Virus record (IMG/VR): IMGVR_UViG_3300020474_000009
Coordinates: 1 to 63,771 of that record
DNA length: 63,771 nt
Strand: one strand, 5' to 3'
Origin: a virus
Taxonomy: Duplodnaviria; Caudoviricetes
Positions 27,698-36,963 of the stretch are shown here, piece by piece. The translations under genes were made by a program, and so were the position numbers. Each line of letters starts with the position of its first letter. The first letter of the stretch is position 1. The notes under the pieces are model-generated. The model saw only the letters and a program-made list of their open reading frames with translations. It did no database searches and was not told the DNA's origin.

Positions 27698-28403
27698 GGT
27701 CAAGGAGGACATCGAGTTAGGCTATATACCAGCCTGGTCATACTCGACTTTAAAAACATTTGAATCTTGTGCTTACCGCTCTTACATAGCCAAAGTAAAA
27801 AAAGTGCAAGAGGACTTCGGTCCCGCAGCTGCACGTGGTACAGAAATACACAAACAAGCTGAAGACTATGTAGCAGGTAAGCTAGGTGAACTACCTGACA
27901 CCCTCAAAAAATTTACATCTCAGTTCAAGGCCCTCCGATCCATGTACGCTGATGCAAAAGTAGAACTTGAGGGTGATTGGGGTTTTACAATCGGTTGGGA
28001 AACAACTGGCTGGTTGGCACCTGACACGTGGGGACGTATCAAACTAGATGCGTTTGTACACGAAGACGAAACATCTGCAAGAGTTATTGATTACAAAACA
28101 GGTAAAGCGTACGGCAATGAGATCGCTCATAGTCAACAAGCACTTGTTTACGCAATCGGTAGTTTCTTCAGATACCCAGACTTACAGATTGCTAAGACCG
28201 AAATATGGTATCTCGACCATGGCACTATGTTAGAACAGGTGTATACGCGGGATGAGGCTATGGTCTTTATGCCCAAGTTGCACGATCGAGCAGTAGCGAT
28301 GACTACCGCAACAGACTTTCCGCCAAACCCTAGCAATTACAATTGCAAGTGGTGCTCGTATGGTAAGGGTGAACACCCTATTTGCGAGTGGGCAGAAACC
28401 TGA
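27648..28403 (+). CDS. PD-(D/E)XK (Cas4/RecB-like) exonuclease
   Basis: WSYSTLK..C, RGTEIH, VIDYKTGK, CKWC..C cysteine cluster. Confidence 0.85.
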   Translation: MKNLTQSKRPDLISTVEVKEDIELGYIPAWSYSTLKTFESCAYRSYIAKVKKVQEDFGPAAARGTEIHKQAEDYVAGKLGELPDTLKKFTSQFKALRSMYADAKVELEGDWGFTIGWETTGWLAPDTWGRIKLDAFVHEDETSARVIDYKTGKAYGNEIAHSQQALVYAIGSFFRYPDLQIAKTEIWYLDHGTMLEQVYTRDEAMVFMPKLHDRAVAMTTATDFPPNPSNYNCKWCSYGKGEHPICEWAET

Positions 28404-28463
28404 TATAATAATATTAACGAATAACGATTAACAAAGAACGATTAAGGAGTAACGATGAACGAT
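28382..28463 (+). promoter_or_regulatory. Sigma70-type promoter and AACGA-repeat leader of the helicase gene
   Basis: TTGCGA (28382) and extended -10 TGATATAAT (28401-28409), then five AACGA copies around the RBS and start. Confidence 0.65.
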
Positions 28464-29813
28464 ATACCTGTGGCTTACGACCACCAACAAAAGACTACTA
28501 ATTTCATAGTAGCAAATCCAAAATGTATGATTACCTCAGACCCAGGCACTGGCAAAACTCGTGCGGTTTTAGATGCTCATGCTATACTTGGAGGCAGAAC
28601 ATTAGTTCTAGCGCCACTTTCAATACTGGAAGCAGCGTGGGGGGAGGACATACGTAAGTTCCAACCCGATATAAAATATGGAGTAGCTTATGCTAAAAAC
28701 AGGGAAAAAATATTTAAACAAAATGACCTCGATATGGTCATCACTAACTTCGAAGCTGTCAACTTCTTACGTAAAAATACACGGTATTGTAAGCAATTCG
28801 ATACAATCGTTATTGACGAATTTACCGCTTTTAAAAATCGCACAGCCAAACGTAGTAAAAATCTCAAAGATATCATCCACCATTTTACTAATAGGATTGC
28901 CATGTCTGGTACTCCTAATAGTAATACTATTCTAGATGTCTGGCACCCAGCATACCTAGTCGACGACGGCGAACGACTAGGTGCTAGGTTCTTTCAATTC
29001 AGGTCACAGGTTTGTACACCTAAGTTCAATGGCTTTGCCAATGAGTGGATAGACAAGCCTGATGCCGAAGACGCAGTTGCTATTAGACTGCGTGACATAA
29101 CAATACGTTACGCACTGTCAGAGTGTATGGATCTACCTGACAATGTAACACGTACAATCAACACTAACTTGTCCAAGCAAGTACAGCAAAAATACAAACT
29201 CCTTGCTGACGATTCTGTTTTGTATACTAAAACAGGAACAGTCAATGCTGTACATGCGGGTGCTCGTGTCAAAAAGCTCCTGCAGCTAGTTACAGGCGCA
29301 GTCTACGACGAAGACAAGTTGGTGCAGTTCATTCATCAAGAACGTTATGACATAGTTATGACTCTTGTAGAACAACGTGCACATACCCTGGTAGCATTCA
29401 ACTGGCGACACGAACGTGACGCATTGATTGAACTAGCAAACAAACAAGGTGTGTCGTATGAAGTTATAGATGGTACGGTCAAAGCTGAGAAGAGAAAAGA
29501 CATAGTCACACGATTCCAAGCTGGTCAAATCCAAATGCTGTTGTGTCATCCACAATCAGCAGGTCATGGTTTGACACTGACTAAAGCTAACACAATCATA
29601 TGGTGTTCTCCTACGTACAATGCAGAACACTTTCAACAATTCAACCAACGTATACATAGAGCAGGTCAAACACAAAAGACCGAAACTATACTTATACAAG
29701 CGAGAAACACTTGGGAGCCCGAGGTGTATAAAAAGCTTAATACTAAGCTAGGGCGAATGGAAAACTTATTGTCAATATTACAGGAGGTAGGACATGGCAA
29801 AGAAACTAAATGA
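28455..29813 (+). CDS. SNF2-family helicase
   Basis: DPGTGKT, VIDE, SGTP, SAGHGLTL, QFNQRIHRAGQ. Confidence 0.9.
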   Translation: MNDIPVAYDHQQKTTNFIVANPKCMITSDPGTGKTRAVLDAHAILGGRTLVLAPLSILEAAWGEDIRKFQPDIKYGVAYAKNREKIFKQNDLDMVITNFEAVNFLRKNTRYCKQFDTIVIDEFTAFKNRTAKRSKNLKDIIHHFTNRIAMSGTPNSNTILDVWHPAYLVDDGERLGARFFQFRSQVCTPKFNGFANEWIDKPDAEDAVAIRLRDITIRYALSECMDLPDNVTRTINTNLSKQVQQKYKLLADDSVLYTKTGTVNAVHAGARVKKLLQLVTGAVYDEDKLVQFIHQERYDIVMTLVEQRAHTLVAFNWRHERDALIELANKQGVSYEVIDGTVKAEKRKDIVTRFQAGQIQMLLCHPQSAGHGLTLTKANTIIWCSPTYNAEHFQQFNQRIHRAGQTQKTETILIQARNTWEPEVYKKLNTKLGRMENLLSILQEVGHGKETK

Positions 29814-30165
29814 CTTATTAGCCGAGTACGGCAGAGTGCGTGAGGGTATCACAGACCTAAAAGCACAAGAGAAAGAATACAATGTGCAAAAGCGAGAGCT
29901 CGAAGCACAGATAGCCATTAGAATGCAAGACGAAGGTCTTGAGAAAATATCTAATGGTGGACGAACACTCTCCCTTAAAAAGGAGATTGTACCTACAGTC
30001 GATAACTGGGATGCGTTACAAGAGTACGTAGCAAAAACTGGAAGGTTTGAGCTACTACAAAAACGCATGTCAGCTACTGCCTATAGGGAAGCTATCGGTC
30101 TTGGGGATGATATCCCTGGGGTTGAAAGCACGGAGTTGACCAAAATTAATTTTAGGTCAACATAA
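29794..30165 (+). CDS. Conserved replication-module coiled-coil protein
   Basis: VDNWDAL..YV...LLQKRMS..IPGVE pattern. Confidence 0.65.
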   Translation: MAKKLNDLLAEYGRVREGITDLKAQEKEYNVQKRELEAQIAIRMQDEGLEKISNGGRTLSLKKEIVPTVDNWDALQEYVAKTGRFELLQKRMSATAYREAIGLGDDIPGVESTELTKINFRST

Positions 30166-30205
30166 TAATAATAACGATAAACGAATGACGAAAGGAGAAA
30201 TAACG

Positions 30206-30874
30206 ATGTCAAACGAAATAAGCGTAGTAACGAGCAAAGTCCCGGCTCATGTAAAAGCGGGATCTAAACTAGGTAACGAGAATGTATCTTCGGAACATAT
30301 ATCGGTACCGAGGGTAAAACTTCTACAGAAGATGAATAACGAAGTAGATAAAAACCATAGTGAGTATATTGACGGAGCCCAAGAGGGTGACTTCATTAAT
30401 ACTGTAACTGGTGAAAACTACGGTTCATCTATGTACGTAGTGAATGTGCACTTCAAAGAAGAATTTGTGGTGTGGAGAAAGCGTGAAGAAGGTGGCGGAC
30501 TTGTAGGGAACTTCCCAACAAGAACCGAAGCTGAAAACTACCTAAGTGATAATAACTTAGAGCTAGAGAAGCACGATATTACTCAGACTCAAATCCATAC
30601 CTTACTAAGGTTGGACGAAAAGACTGCAGAAATATCTGACATACCTTTTCTATTTGACTGTGCTTCATCGAAGCTCAAGGTATCTAGAGAATGGAATACA
30701 AAAATCATGAAGCAAGGTGGAGACAGGTTCTCTTTCTTGTGGAAGATGGCTTCTGTACCACAAAGCAATGCTAAGGGTTCATGGGTTAACATCGACATTG
30801 GTGGTGTTGACTGGTTGAAAGACGAAATCTATAACAAGGTTAAGGCTTTCTACGAAACCTCATTCGCTAAGTAA
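30206..30874 (+). CDS. Putative ssDNA-binding/annealing protein
   Basis: PRVKLLQKM..EV, GDFINTVTGE, SKLKVSREWN; start MSNEIS after AAGGAG. Confidence 0.55.
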   Translation: MSNEISVVTSKVPAHVKAGSKLGNENVSSEHISVPRVKLLQKMNNEVDKNHSEYIDGAQEGDFINTVTGENYGSSMYVVNVHFKEEFVVWRKREEGGGLVGNFPTRTEAENYLSDNNLELEKHDITQTQIHTLLRLDEKTAEISDIPFLFDCASSKLKVSREWNTKIMKQGGDRFSFLWKMASVPQSNAKGSWVNIDIGGVDWLKDEIYNKVKAFYETSFAK

Positions 30875-30926
30875 CTTACGTGCGTTCGGCCTGCGACAGA
30901 TTGTGTCGTAGGCACGAACGTGTTAC
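30871..30926 (+). promoter_or_regulatory. Long bulged stem-loop after the SSB-like gene
   Basis: gcgttcg-gcctgcgaca / tgtcgtaggc-a-cgaacgt; no U tract. Confidence 0.55.
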
Positions 30927-30935
30927 GCTCCTTAT

Positions 30936-31337
30936 GTGAAAGAAAAGGAGTTCATCAACAAGGTGCACAAGCATCTTCCCAAAACCATCTACCGATGGAA
31001 AATCAACGACCCTTACCACGGCGGTGTTCCCGACACCTACTATTCAGGACCAAGCAACCACTGCTGGATTGAATATAAATACACAGAAAAACTTCCTAGC
31101 CGTGACAATTCCAAAATAAAATTTAACTTATCAGAACAACAACGCATCTGGCTGAAACGTCAAAAACAATTTAATATATTCGTGTACGCAGTACTTGCCT
31201 GCAAAAACCAAGTTTTCATAACCGAAGACTTTGATTTAAAATTTATTACGTTAAAACAATTCCAAAAAGAATCTATTCCATTTACAATGTTTATAGAAGG
31301 ACTGGCTCATTTTTGTTTAGGAGGAACAAATGACTGA
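30936..31337 (+). CDS. VRR-NUC/Holliday junction resolvase-like nuclease
   Basis: KEKEF, GGVPD, WIEYK, LSEQQRIWL. Confidence 0.75.
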   Translation: MKEKEFINKVHKHLPKTIYRWKINDPYHGGVPDTYYSGPSNHCWIEYKYTEKLPSRDNSKIKFNLSEQQRIWLKRQKQFNIFVYAVLACKNQVFITEDFDLKFITLKQFQKESIPFTMFIEGLAHFCLGGTND

Positions 31338-31593
31338 TTATGTAAACTCACCTCCGCATTACAACACAGGGAACGTGGAATGTATTGTGGCAATCGAAGA
31401 AAGTATGACGCCCGAGGCGTTCAAAGGTTATCTAAAAGGTAACATTCAAAAGTATATGTGGCGTTATGAAGCTAAAAAAGGACTACAAGACGTGTTAAAA
31501 GCACAATGGTACCTAAATAAGCTCATTGAAACACTGGAAAAAGAAGAAAACGCAGAGGACGCACGCACAAGCCCGCCAGATATTTATTCGTAG
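31330..31593 (+). CDS. DUF3310 protein (T7 gp1.7-like nucleotide kinase family)
   Basis: VNSPPHY..GNVECI..GNIQKYMWR..KGLQDVLKAQWYL. Confidence 0.85.
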   Translation: MTDYVNSPPHYNTGNVECIVAIEESMTPEAFKGYLKGNIQKYMWRYEAKKGLQDVLKAQWYLNKLIETLEKEENAEDARTSPPDIYS

Positions 31594-31651
31594 TTTTGGA
31601 CCTAAGGCCTTGGGTACCCTAATAAAATGCGTTACACGCGATTCTGTGAGG

Positions 31652-31897
31652 TCATTTTTTGCCAGCTTTCTTATTTCTGGCGAAAGAACGGTTTTTTGAT
31701 CGTCTTACTACTTTTAAGTTAGATTTCTTATTATTTTTAGGATTTCCGTCTTTATGATGCACGTCATTACCATCTCCCTTCTTAATCAACCCTAATCTTT
31801 TTGCCATTCTGTTAGCCGCATTACGCATTGCCCTCTTTTTTATTTGAGCAGGTTTGCCTTGGTAATTTTTATATTCTTTCTTATAGTTCCTTGCCAT
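31652..31897 (-). CDS. HNH endonuclease
   Basis: DVHHKDGNPKNNKKSNL..NRS. Confidence 0.8.
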   Translation of the reverse strand: MARNYKKEYKNYQGKPAQIKKRAMRNAANRMAKRLGLIKKGDGNDVHHKDGNPKNNKKSNLKVVRRSKNRSFARNKKAGKK

Positions 31898-33658
31898 CTA
31901 TATAGTATACACCTTTAGCAAGTCCTCTTTACCTTTTACATTTATAGTTCCAACATACACCAAAGCTGTTTGTTCTATTACTTTATTTGCAGTAGTTTCT
32001 CCTATTAATATATCTTCACCTGCTCCTTTAGTCGCACTTTCTAATCGTGCTGCTACATTAACAGCATCTCCTATTGCCGAATAGTCAAACCTGCTATCCG
32101 AGCCCATGTTACCCACTACTGCTTCTCCAGAGTTTATACCTATACCTATTCTTACATCGTGGTCTAGTTGTCTGTTTACGTTGCGTACTGCCGTGCGCAT
32201 GTCCTGGGCACAGGCGACGGCACGTTGTTCATGTTCATCTATAGTTAGGGGGGAATTAAAGATGGCCATACATGCGTCGCCTATGAACTTATCTACCATA
32301 CCGCCATGGGCCTGAATACATTCGACTTGTGCGGTTAAAACTTTGTTCATGATTTCTGTAACTTCTTCAGGTGGTAGTCTTTCCGACAGAGCTGTAAACC
32401 CACGAACATCTGTAAATAAGAAAGTGCAATACCTTTTCTCCCCGCCTAGTTGTAGTAAGTCAGGGTTGTCTTGCAATCTTTTTACCTGCCGTGGATCTAG
32501 GTAATGTTCAAACTGTTTCTTTATCTGTTGTCTTAGTTTGTATTGCTCACCAAAACGTAACCAGAACTCTTGTACAGATATAAGTGTCATTGATAATGCA
32601 CTATAACTAAAGTCTATTAATATATTGTTACGTGCAAGAGTAACAGCAGCTGCAGCTTGCACGCAGTATAAAAGCCCGACCCCCGCCATAGAACCTGCAA
32701 CAGGTGAGAATCGTATTATAACTATTGCTAATGATAAGACCCCTACTAATATAAGTAATTCATATAACAAAGCTGGGCCTGGGATCTGCGGTACATCTAC
32801 AGTCATGCTTTCTGCCAGGGCCGCTTGTACGTGATGCGGGTACTTAAGACCTGCAGGTGTAGCTATTTGTGGCATGACACCTTTAGCTGTTACCCCTACT
32901 AATACAAATTTATCAGCAACATCTTTTTCTGCCAGGGTTGTAGTTGGTGTATCTATCCATGACACCCAACGTCTGCCTAAATTATCTACAGGTATCTCTC
33001 CATATCCAGGTACTTTGAGTTCTGTTATTTGTCCTTGGTCGGTCCTAATTATATATGTGTCTGCACCCCCAAGCATTTTTATAATCTCTATAGCAAATGA
33101 CGGAGTCCAACCATCTTCTGTTTGTACTAACAATGGTAGTCTACGTACTAAGTTATCTACATCGGTTCGTGCAACTGCGATCCCCTGGTATGCAGACTCT
33201 GCTAGCACGGGCACGTTGCCTAACACACCTTCACTTTTATATGCTTCTACAGGTATACCGTCACCTAATATAACTGTGCCTGTAGTAGGTGGGTAGTTAC
33301 CGTTAGGGTTTTCAAACATTGCTAGTACACTAGGCCCCTGTATAAGTGTATCTGCAAAAGCTTTATCACCCCCAAATCTATCTTCTTGTGGAAAAGCTAT
33401 AACCCAACCTACACCTAAAGCCCCTGCATCCATGAGGTCAGCATGTATTCGTGCAAGGTCCTGACGCGGATACGGCCACCCGCCCGAATCAGCTAAGTCT
33501 TCTTCTGTTATATCTAGTGTTACAAACCAACCAGACTCTGCTGGTGTTTGTACGAGTGCATCAAACGTTTTTAGTTTTAGTATCTCTACTGCCTGCCAGT
33601 TAAATAGCAGCGGTATAGCTAGTATTGGTATTGTTAATAATGAAATCCATTTCTTCAT
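31898..33658 (-). CDS. CHASE2-domain class III adenylate/guanylate cyclase
   Basis: N-terminal TM, GGWPYPR and DVDNLVRR CHASE2 motifs, TM segments, FTDVRGFT, VDKFIGDA, IGDAVNVAARLE. Confidence 0.92.
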   Translation of the reverse strand: MKKWISLLTIPILAIPLLFNWQAVEILKLKTFDALVQTPAESGWFVTLDITEEDLADSGGWPYPRQDLARIHADLMDAGALGVGWVIAFPQEDRFGGDKAFADTLIQGPSVLAMFENPNGNYPPTTGTVILGDGIPVEAYKSEGVLGNVPVLAESAYQGIAVARTDVDNLVRRLPLLVQTEDGWTPSFAIEIIKMLGGADTYIIRTDQGQITELKVPGYGEIPVDNLGRRWVSWIDTPTTTLAEKDVADKFVLVGVTAKGVMPQIATPAGLKYPHHVQAALAESMTVDVPQIPGPALLYELLILVGVLSLAIVIIRFSPVAGSMAGVGLLYCVQAAAAVTLARNNILIDFSYSALSMTLISVQEFWLRFGEQYKLRQQIKKQFEHYLDPRQVKRLQDNPDLLQLGGEKRYCTFLFTDVRGFTALSERLPPEEVTEIMNKVLTAQVECIQAHGGMVDKFIGDACMAIFNSPLTIDEHEQRAVACAQDMRTAVRNVNRQLDHDVRIGIGINSGEAVVGNMGSDSRFDYSAIGDAVNVAARLESATKGAGEDILIGETTANKVIEQTALVYVGTINVKGKEDLLKVYTI

Positions 33659-34035
33659 TTTCTACTCCTTAGTTCTGTTGTAGAGAAAGAATGCTTACGA
33701 CTCGTATAATAAACTTCGTGCATTCCTTTGCCCGTAAAATGTTTATCGACGTAATCTTCTCCTATAAACCTTATATCTATATGTGTGCTATTTAATAAAT
33801 CAAGCAAACTTTTTTCTGTATCATAAGGTATTACTTCATTTATATACTTAACTGCTTTGAGTTGTATGTAACGTTCATATATAGATTGGACAGGTTTGTT
33901 CTTCTCTTGTCGGTCTATTGATGGATCTGTTTGCAAGCCTACTATTAAGTGTTTACAGTTCTGCCTGGCTTCTTTAAACATAACCACATGACCTGCATGT
34001 AATAAATCAAAAGCTCCGCATGTGAATCCGATCAT
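33655..34035 (-). CDS. Cytidylyltransferase (TagD-like)
   Basis: GAFDLLHAGH HIGH-type motif; SFSTTELR. Confidence 0.85.
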   Translation of the reverse strand: MIGFTCGAFDLLHAGHVVMFKEARQNCKHLIVGLQTDPSIDRQEKNKPVQSIYERYIQLKAVKYINEVIPYDTEKSLLDLLNSTHIDIRFIGEDYVDKHFTGKGMHEVYYTSRKHSFSTTELRSRK

Positions 34036-35186
34036 CCTGACCCCTGTGTAATGGTAATAGTAGAGTTACCTCCACCATTCACTACAATCTGTTGAAATTT
34101 ACCATCCTGTATTAATATAATAGTGTAACCCTGCGAAGCATCTACGGTCAACTGAGCATTTTGCGTGACCTTTCTTTGAAAAGCTATTTGCTCCCCCTGG
34201 AGCAATGTAATTATTTGTGTTTCTAAATCTTGTCCTATAGCTGTACCTTGTACAAGTGTGCCTGTGGATAAGTTGTCTGCACCTAGTTGGTCTACTTCTT
34301 CTATAATTGCTAGTAAATCTTCAAAGAAGTTTACATCTAAAAAATTTATATCTAATTCTGTGAATTCTAAAGCATCTTCAGCTAGGTAGTCTTGTTCTAG
34401 TTCATTAAACTCTAGGTAATCTATATCTAAAATAGCACCACTATCTCCTACGGACGCTGTGGATTGTTCTGTGGATAACTTTTCTTCGTCCGGAGGAGTG
34501 ACAATCAACATGTTATCTATGATGTCTAATGTTAGGTCTAATATAACGGGACTGCTAGGTGAGTTCTCCCACACATCTACAGTTGTTGCTTCGTATGGTT
34601 TGTTGAGCGTAACAGTACCAGCTGCAGTTGTGACAAGTATCTCGCCACTAGATATACCGTTAGCATCAGGTAATAGAATAATAAGCGAACGTCCAAGTTC
34701 ATCCACAGTACACGTAAAGTCGGTTCCACGAATAGCAATGTCAGCCGTAGGTGTAGATAGTCTAATATTCTTTTTATCAATTTTGCCTAGTTTGCTACTG
34801 ATAAATCTAGCAGTACCATTGGCAAACTTCATTGCCATCTTACCTTTAGATGGGTCTGGGTCGTAGATATATTCAGTAATTACGAGCTTTGAGTGCTCGG
34901 TTAATTTAACAATGGAATCATCTAAAAAGGTAATAGCTATCCGTCCAACAGTCGTACGAACATCGTCCATCTGTTGGATAGGAAAGTCGAGTTCAGCCCC
35001 GTAAGGCTGATCCCTTAAAACTTCAGCATTGCCTGTAAGCTCTGATATATCTCCAATACTAGCAGCTGGTGCTTGTGCCGCCGTCATTTTGAATGACGCA
35101 CACAGTGCCAGTGTTACCAGTAGAAATAATCTTAAGCCAATCGGCCGCCAATGTAGATGATTGTGTAATGTTATAAGTTCTGCCAT
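34032..35186 (-). CDS. FecR-domain periplasmic protein
   Basis: ITFLDDSIVKLTEHSKL, TPTADIAIRGTDF; signal-like N-terminus; start uncertain. Confidence 0.8.
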   Translation of the reverse strand: MAELITLHNHLHWRPIGLRLFLLVTLALCASFKMTAAQAPAASIGDISELTGNAEVLRDQPYGAELDFPIQQMDDVRTTVGRIAITFLDDSIVKLTEHSKLVITEYIYDPDPSKGKMAMKFANGTARFISSKLGKIDKKNIRLSTPTADIAIRGTDFTCTVDELGRSLIILLPDANGISSGEILVTTAAGTVTLNKPYEATTVDVWENSPSSPVILDLTLDIIDNMLIVTPPDEEKLSTEQSTASVGDSGAILDIDYLEFNELEQDYLAEDALEFTELDINFLDVNFFEDLLAIIEEVDQLGADNLSTGTLVQGTAIGQDLETQIITLLQGEQIAFQRKVTQNAQLTVDASQGYTIILIQDGKFQQIVVNGGGNSTITITQGSG

Positions 35187-35757
35187 TGCCTGTTTGATCT
35201 AGATAGAAGTATCCACCTTGTTTACCACTACCAGTAAAATTAACAGTGTTTGAGTCACCATCTATATCTACATAGTTAGTACCTAAGTCATAGTTTATAC
35301 TAAAGTCTAACTCGTTAGAGTCACCTTGTATAATCCAATCTAGGTCAAGTGTAGAAGCAAGAGCAGTTGTACCTATATCCAGTTCAAATTCATTACTTGA
35401 ACCTGTCACATCTACATTGAAGTTACCGTCGTCTGCACCGTAGGTGTTAGTCGGGTCTACTTGTATGGTAAAGTCGTTACTGTCTCCATCAAACTCAAAA
35501 AAACCTACGATGTTATCACCTAAGATATCACCAAGGAATTTGTTAGAGTCACCTATTTGGTTTATATCTAAAGTTAGATTCAAACCATCAAGGTCTAGAG
35601 GAGTCATGTTACCAGTAGCAGCTTGTAGCCCACCAATAATATTAGACGAGCCTAGTTGCTCTAAATCTATATTAGCGTTGTTACCTGCCTGGTCCACGTA
35701 CACTTCGTTATCTGCATACAAAAAACCAACCAACAATAAGGGTAAGAGTTTTTTCAT
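35059..35757 (-). CDS. Curlin-like secreted beta-repeat protein
   Basis: Signal MKKLLPLLLVGFLYA-DNEVY; repeats of the form xDxxQxGxxN (VDQAGNNA, LEQLGSSN, INQIGDSN, IQGDSN). Confidence 0.65.
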   Translation of the reverse strand: MKKLLPLLLVGFLYADNEVYVDQAGNNANIDLEQLGSSNIIGGLQAATGNMTPLDLDGLNLTLDINQIGDSNKFLGDILGDNIVGFFEFDGDSNDFTIQVDPTNTYGADDGNFNVDVTGSSNEFELDIGTTALASTLDLDWIIQGDSNELDFSINYDLGTNYVDIDGDSNTVNFTGSGKQGGYFYLDQTGNGRTYNITQSSTLAADWLKIISTGNTGTVCVIQNDGGTSTSC

Positions 35758-36572
35758 TTGTAGCTCCAATATCCAGCTTGTTCACCCTCCGTGATAATTC
35801 CTAACACGGCGGTTTCTATAGCAGAGCGCAGAGCAAGACTTCCTGACTCATTCCTAACTACACCACTTTCTATCTCGACTAGCTCAGTGCCATCCTCGAT
35901 AAAGCGAAACACGTCGTCTGATAATGATACACTAAGAATGGTCTTAGTTACTAATTTCTCAACTAGTACCTGACCGCTACTAACCGATATAAGACGAAGC
36001 TGGATCGTCAATGTATCAGTTCTGTAGGCCTTAGATATACCTATCCCTAAATAACGAGCACCCGCGCCACCGCTGGTCTCGTTCGCTTCGTACGACACGA
36101 CGGAGCCTTCAAGTAATAAACCAGCAAACAAAAGTGTGCCTAGTTTATTGCTGTCTTTATTCTGCTCTCTACCGCTACGTATGATCTGTCTTTCTTTTGT
36201 AAGGTTGTCGATTCCTATACGCTCGACCACCGTGAAAAAACCATTGTTATTTCTGCCTGCATCTTTTAATGCTTTAATTAAGTATGCGCTCGGTTGTTGT
36301 GTAACAGCTGTAGAGAAGCTTGCATACATAGAATTACTAAGTCTTTGTCCTGTTTGATCTGTAAATGCACTTGCGTACACTGCAACGGTAGGTTTCCTGG
36401 TAGGCGTACGGACATCAGCGAGCTCAGTAATAACTAGCTCATCTATAGTAGCTTCTTCTATATGTCGTACAGGGTTTATATTATTTTCTATTGGGTCAAA
36501 CAGTAATGACGCGCAACTAGAAAGTAAAGGAACCAATAGGTACGGTAATTTCTGTAGTATTTCCTTCAGCAT
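35754..36572 (-). CDS. csgG: Curli secretion channel CsgG-like lipoprotein
   Basis: Lipobox LSSC; FTDQTGQR, FSTAVTQ, VVERIGIDNLTKERQII, SGGAGARYLGIG. Confidence 0.9.
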   Translation of the reverse strand: MLKEILQKLPYLLVPLLSSCASLLFDPIENNINPVRHIEEATIDELVITELADVRTPTRKPTVAVYASAFTDQTGQRLSNSMYASFSTAVTQQPSAYLIKALKDAGRNNNGFFTVVERIGIDNLTKERQIIRSGREQNKDSNKLGTLLFAGLLLEGSVVSYEANETSGGAGARYLGIGISKAYRTDTLTIQLRLISVSSGQVLVEKLVTKTILSVSLSDDVFRFIEDGTELVEIESGVVRNESGSLALRSAIETAVLGIITEGEQAGYWSYK

Positions 36573-36963
36573 CTGTAATCTTCAACGTTATCATAGTGCC
36601 GTCATCACTTACAGAATACTCAATAGTATTACCCATTAACTCCAAGACACCCGATGTACTAGGTGTCTCTCCAAATAGTGCATCTACTAACTGCCTGGAT
36701 AGCTGTGCGTAGATTCTACTTTCTAAGTTACGTATAAACCTAGCAAGTGTAGTGTTTTCGGCGTCCCTTTTTAACTGTTCTTTATAGGCTTTCAGTTCAG
36801 CCTTGTTCGCTTCCTTTCTATTGTATTCTTGGTTCTCAATAGTTAGATAATGTGAAGATGTGCCCACTCCACTAAAGGATGGGCTTTTGAACTTGTGTAC
36901 CATTTCATCAGCACTGACACTAGCTGTAAGAAGTAGTACTAAACTAATCTTTCCTTTGGTCAT
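36517..36963 (-). CDS. csgF: Curli assembly protein CsgF-like
   Basis: Signal peptide then FKSPSFSG; LESRIYAQLSRQL; C-terminal TEITVP. Confidence 0.8.
   Translation of the reverse strand: MTKGKISLVLLLTASVSADEMVHKFKSPSFSGVGTSSHYLTIENQEYNRKEANKAELKAYKEQLKRDAENTTLARFIRNLESRIYAQLSRQLVDALFGETPSTSGVLELMGNTIEYSVSDDGTMITLKITDAEGNTTEITVPIGSFTF

Noticed and set aside
27648-28403. Cas4 as evidence of CRISPR-Cas
   Set aside because: Stand-alone Cas4/RecB-like nucleases are routine in phage replication modules
31652-31897. HNH as a mobile intron/homing element
   Set aside because: Free-standing small HNH at the end of the late operon; no interrupted gene or intron structure seen
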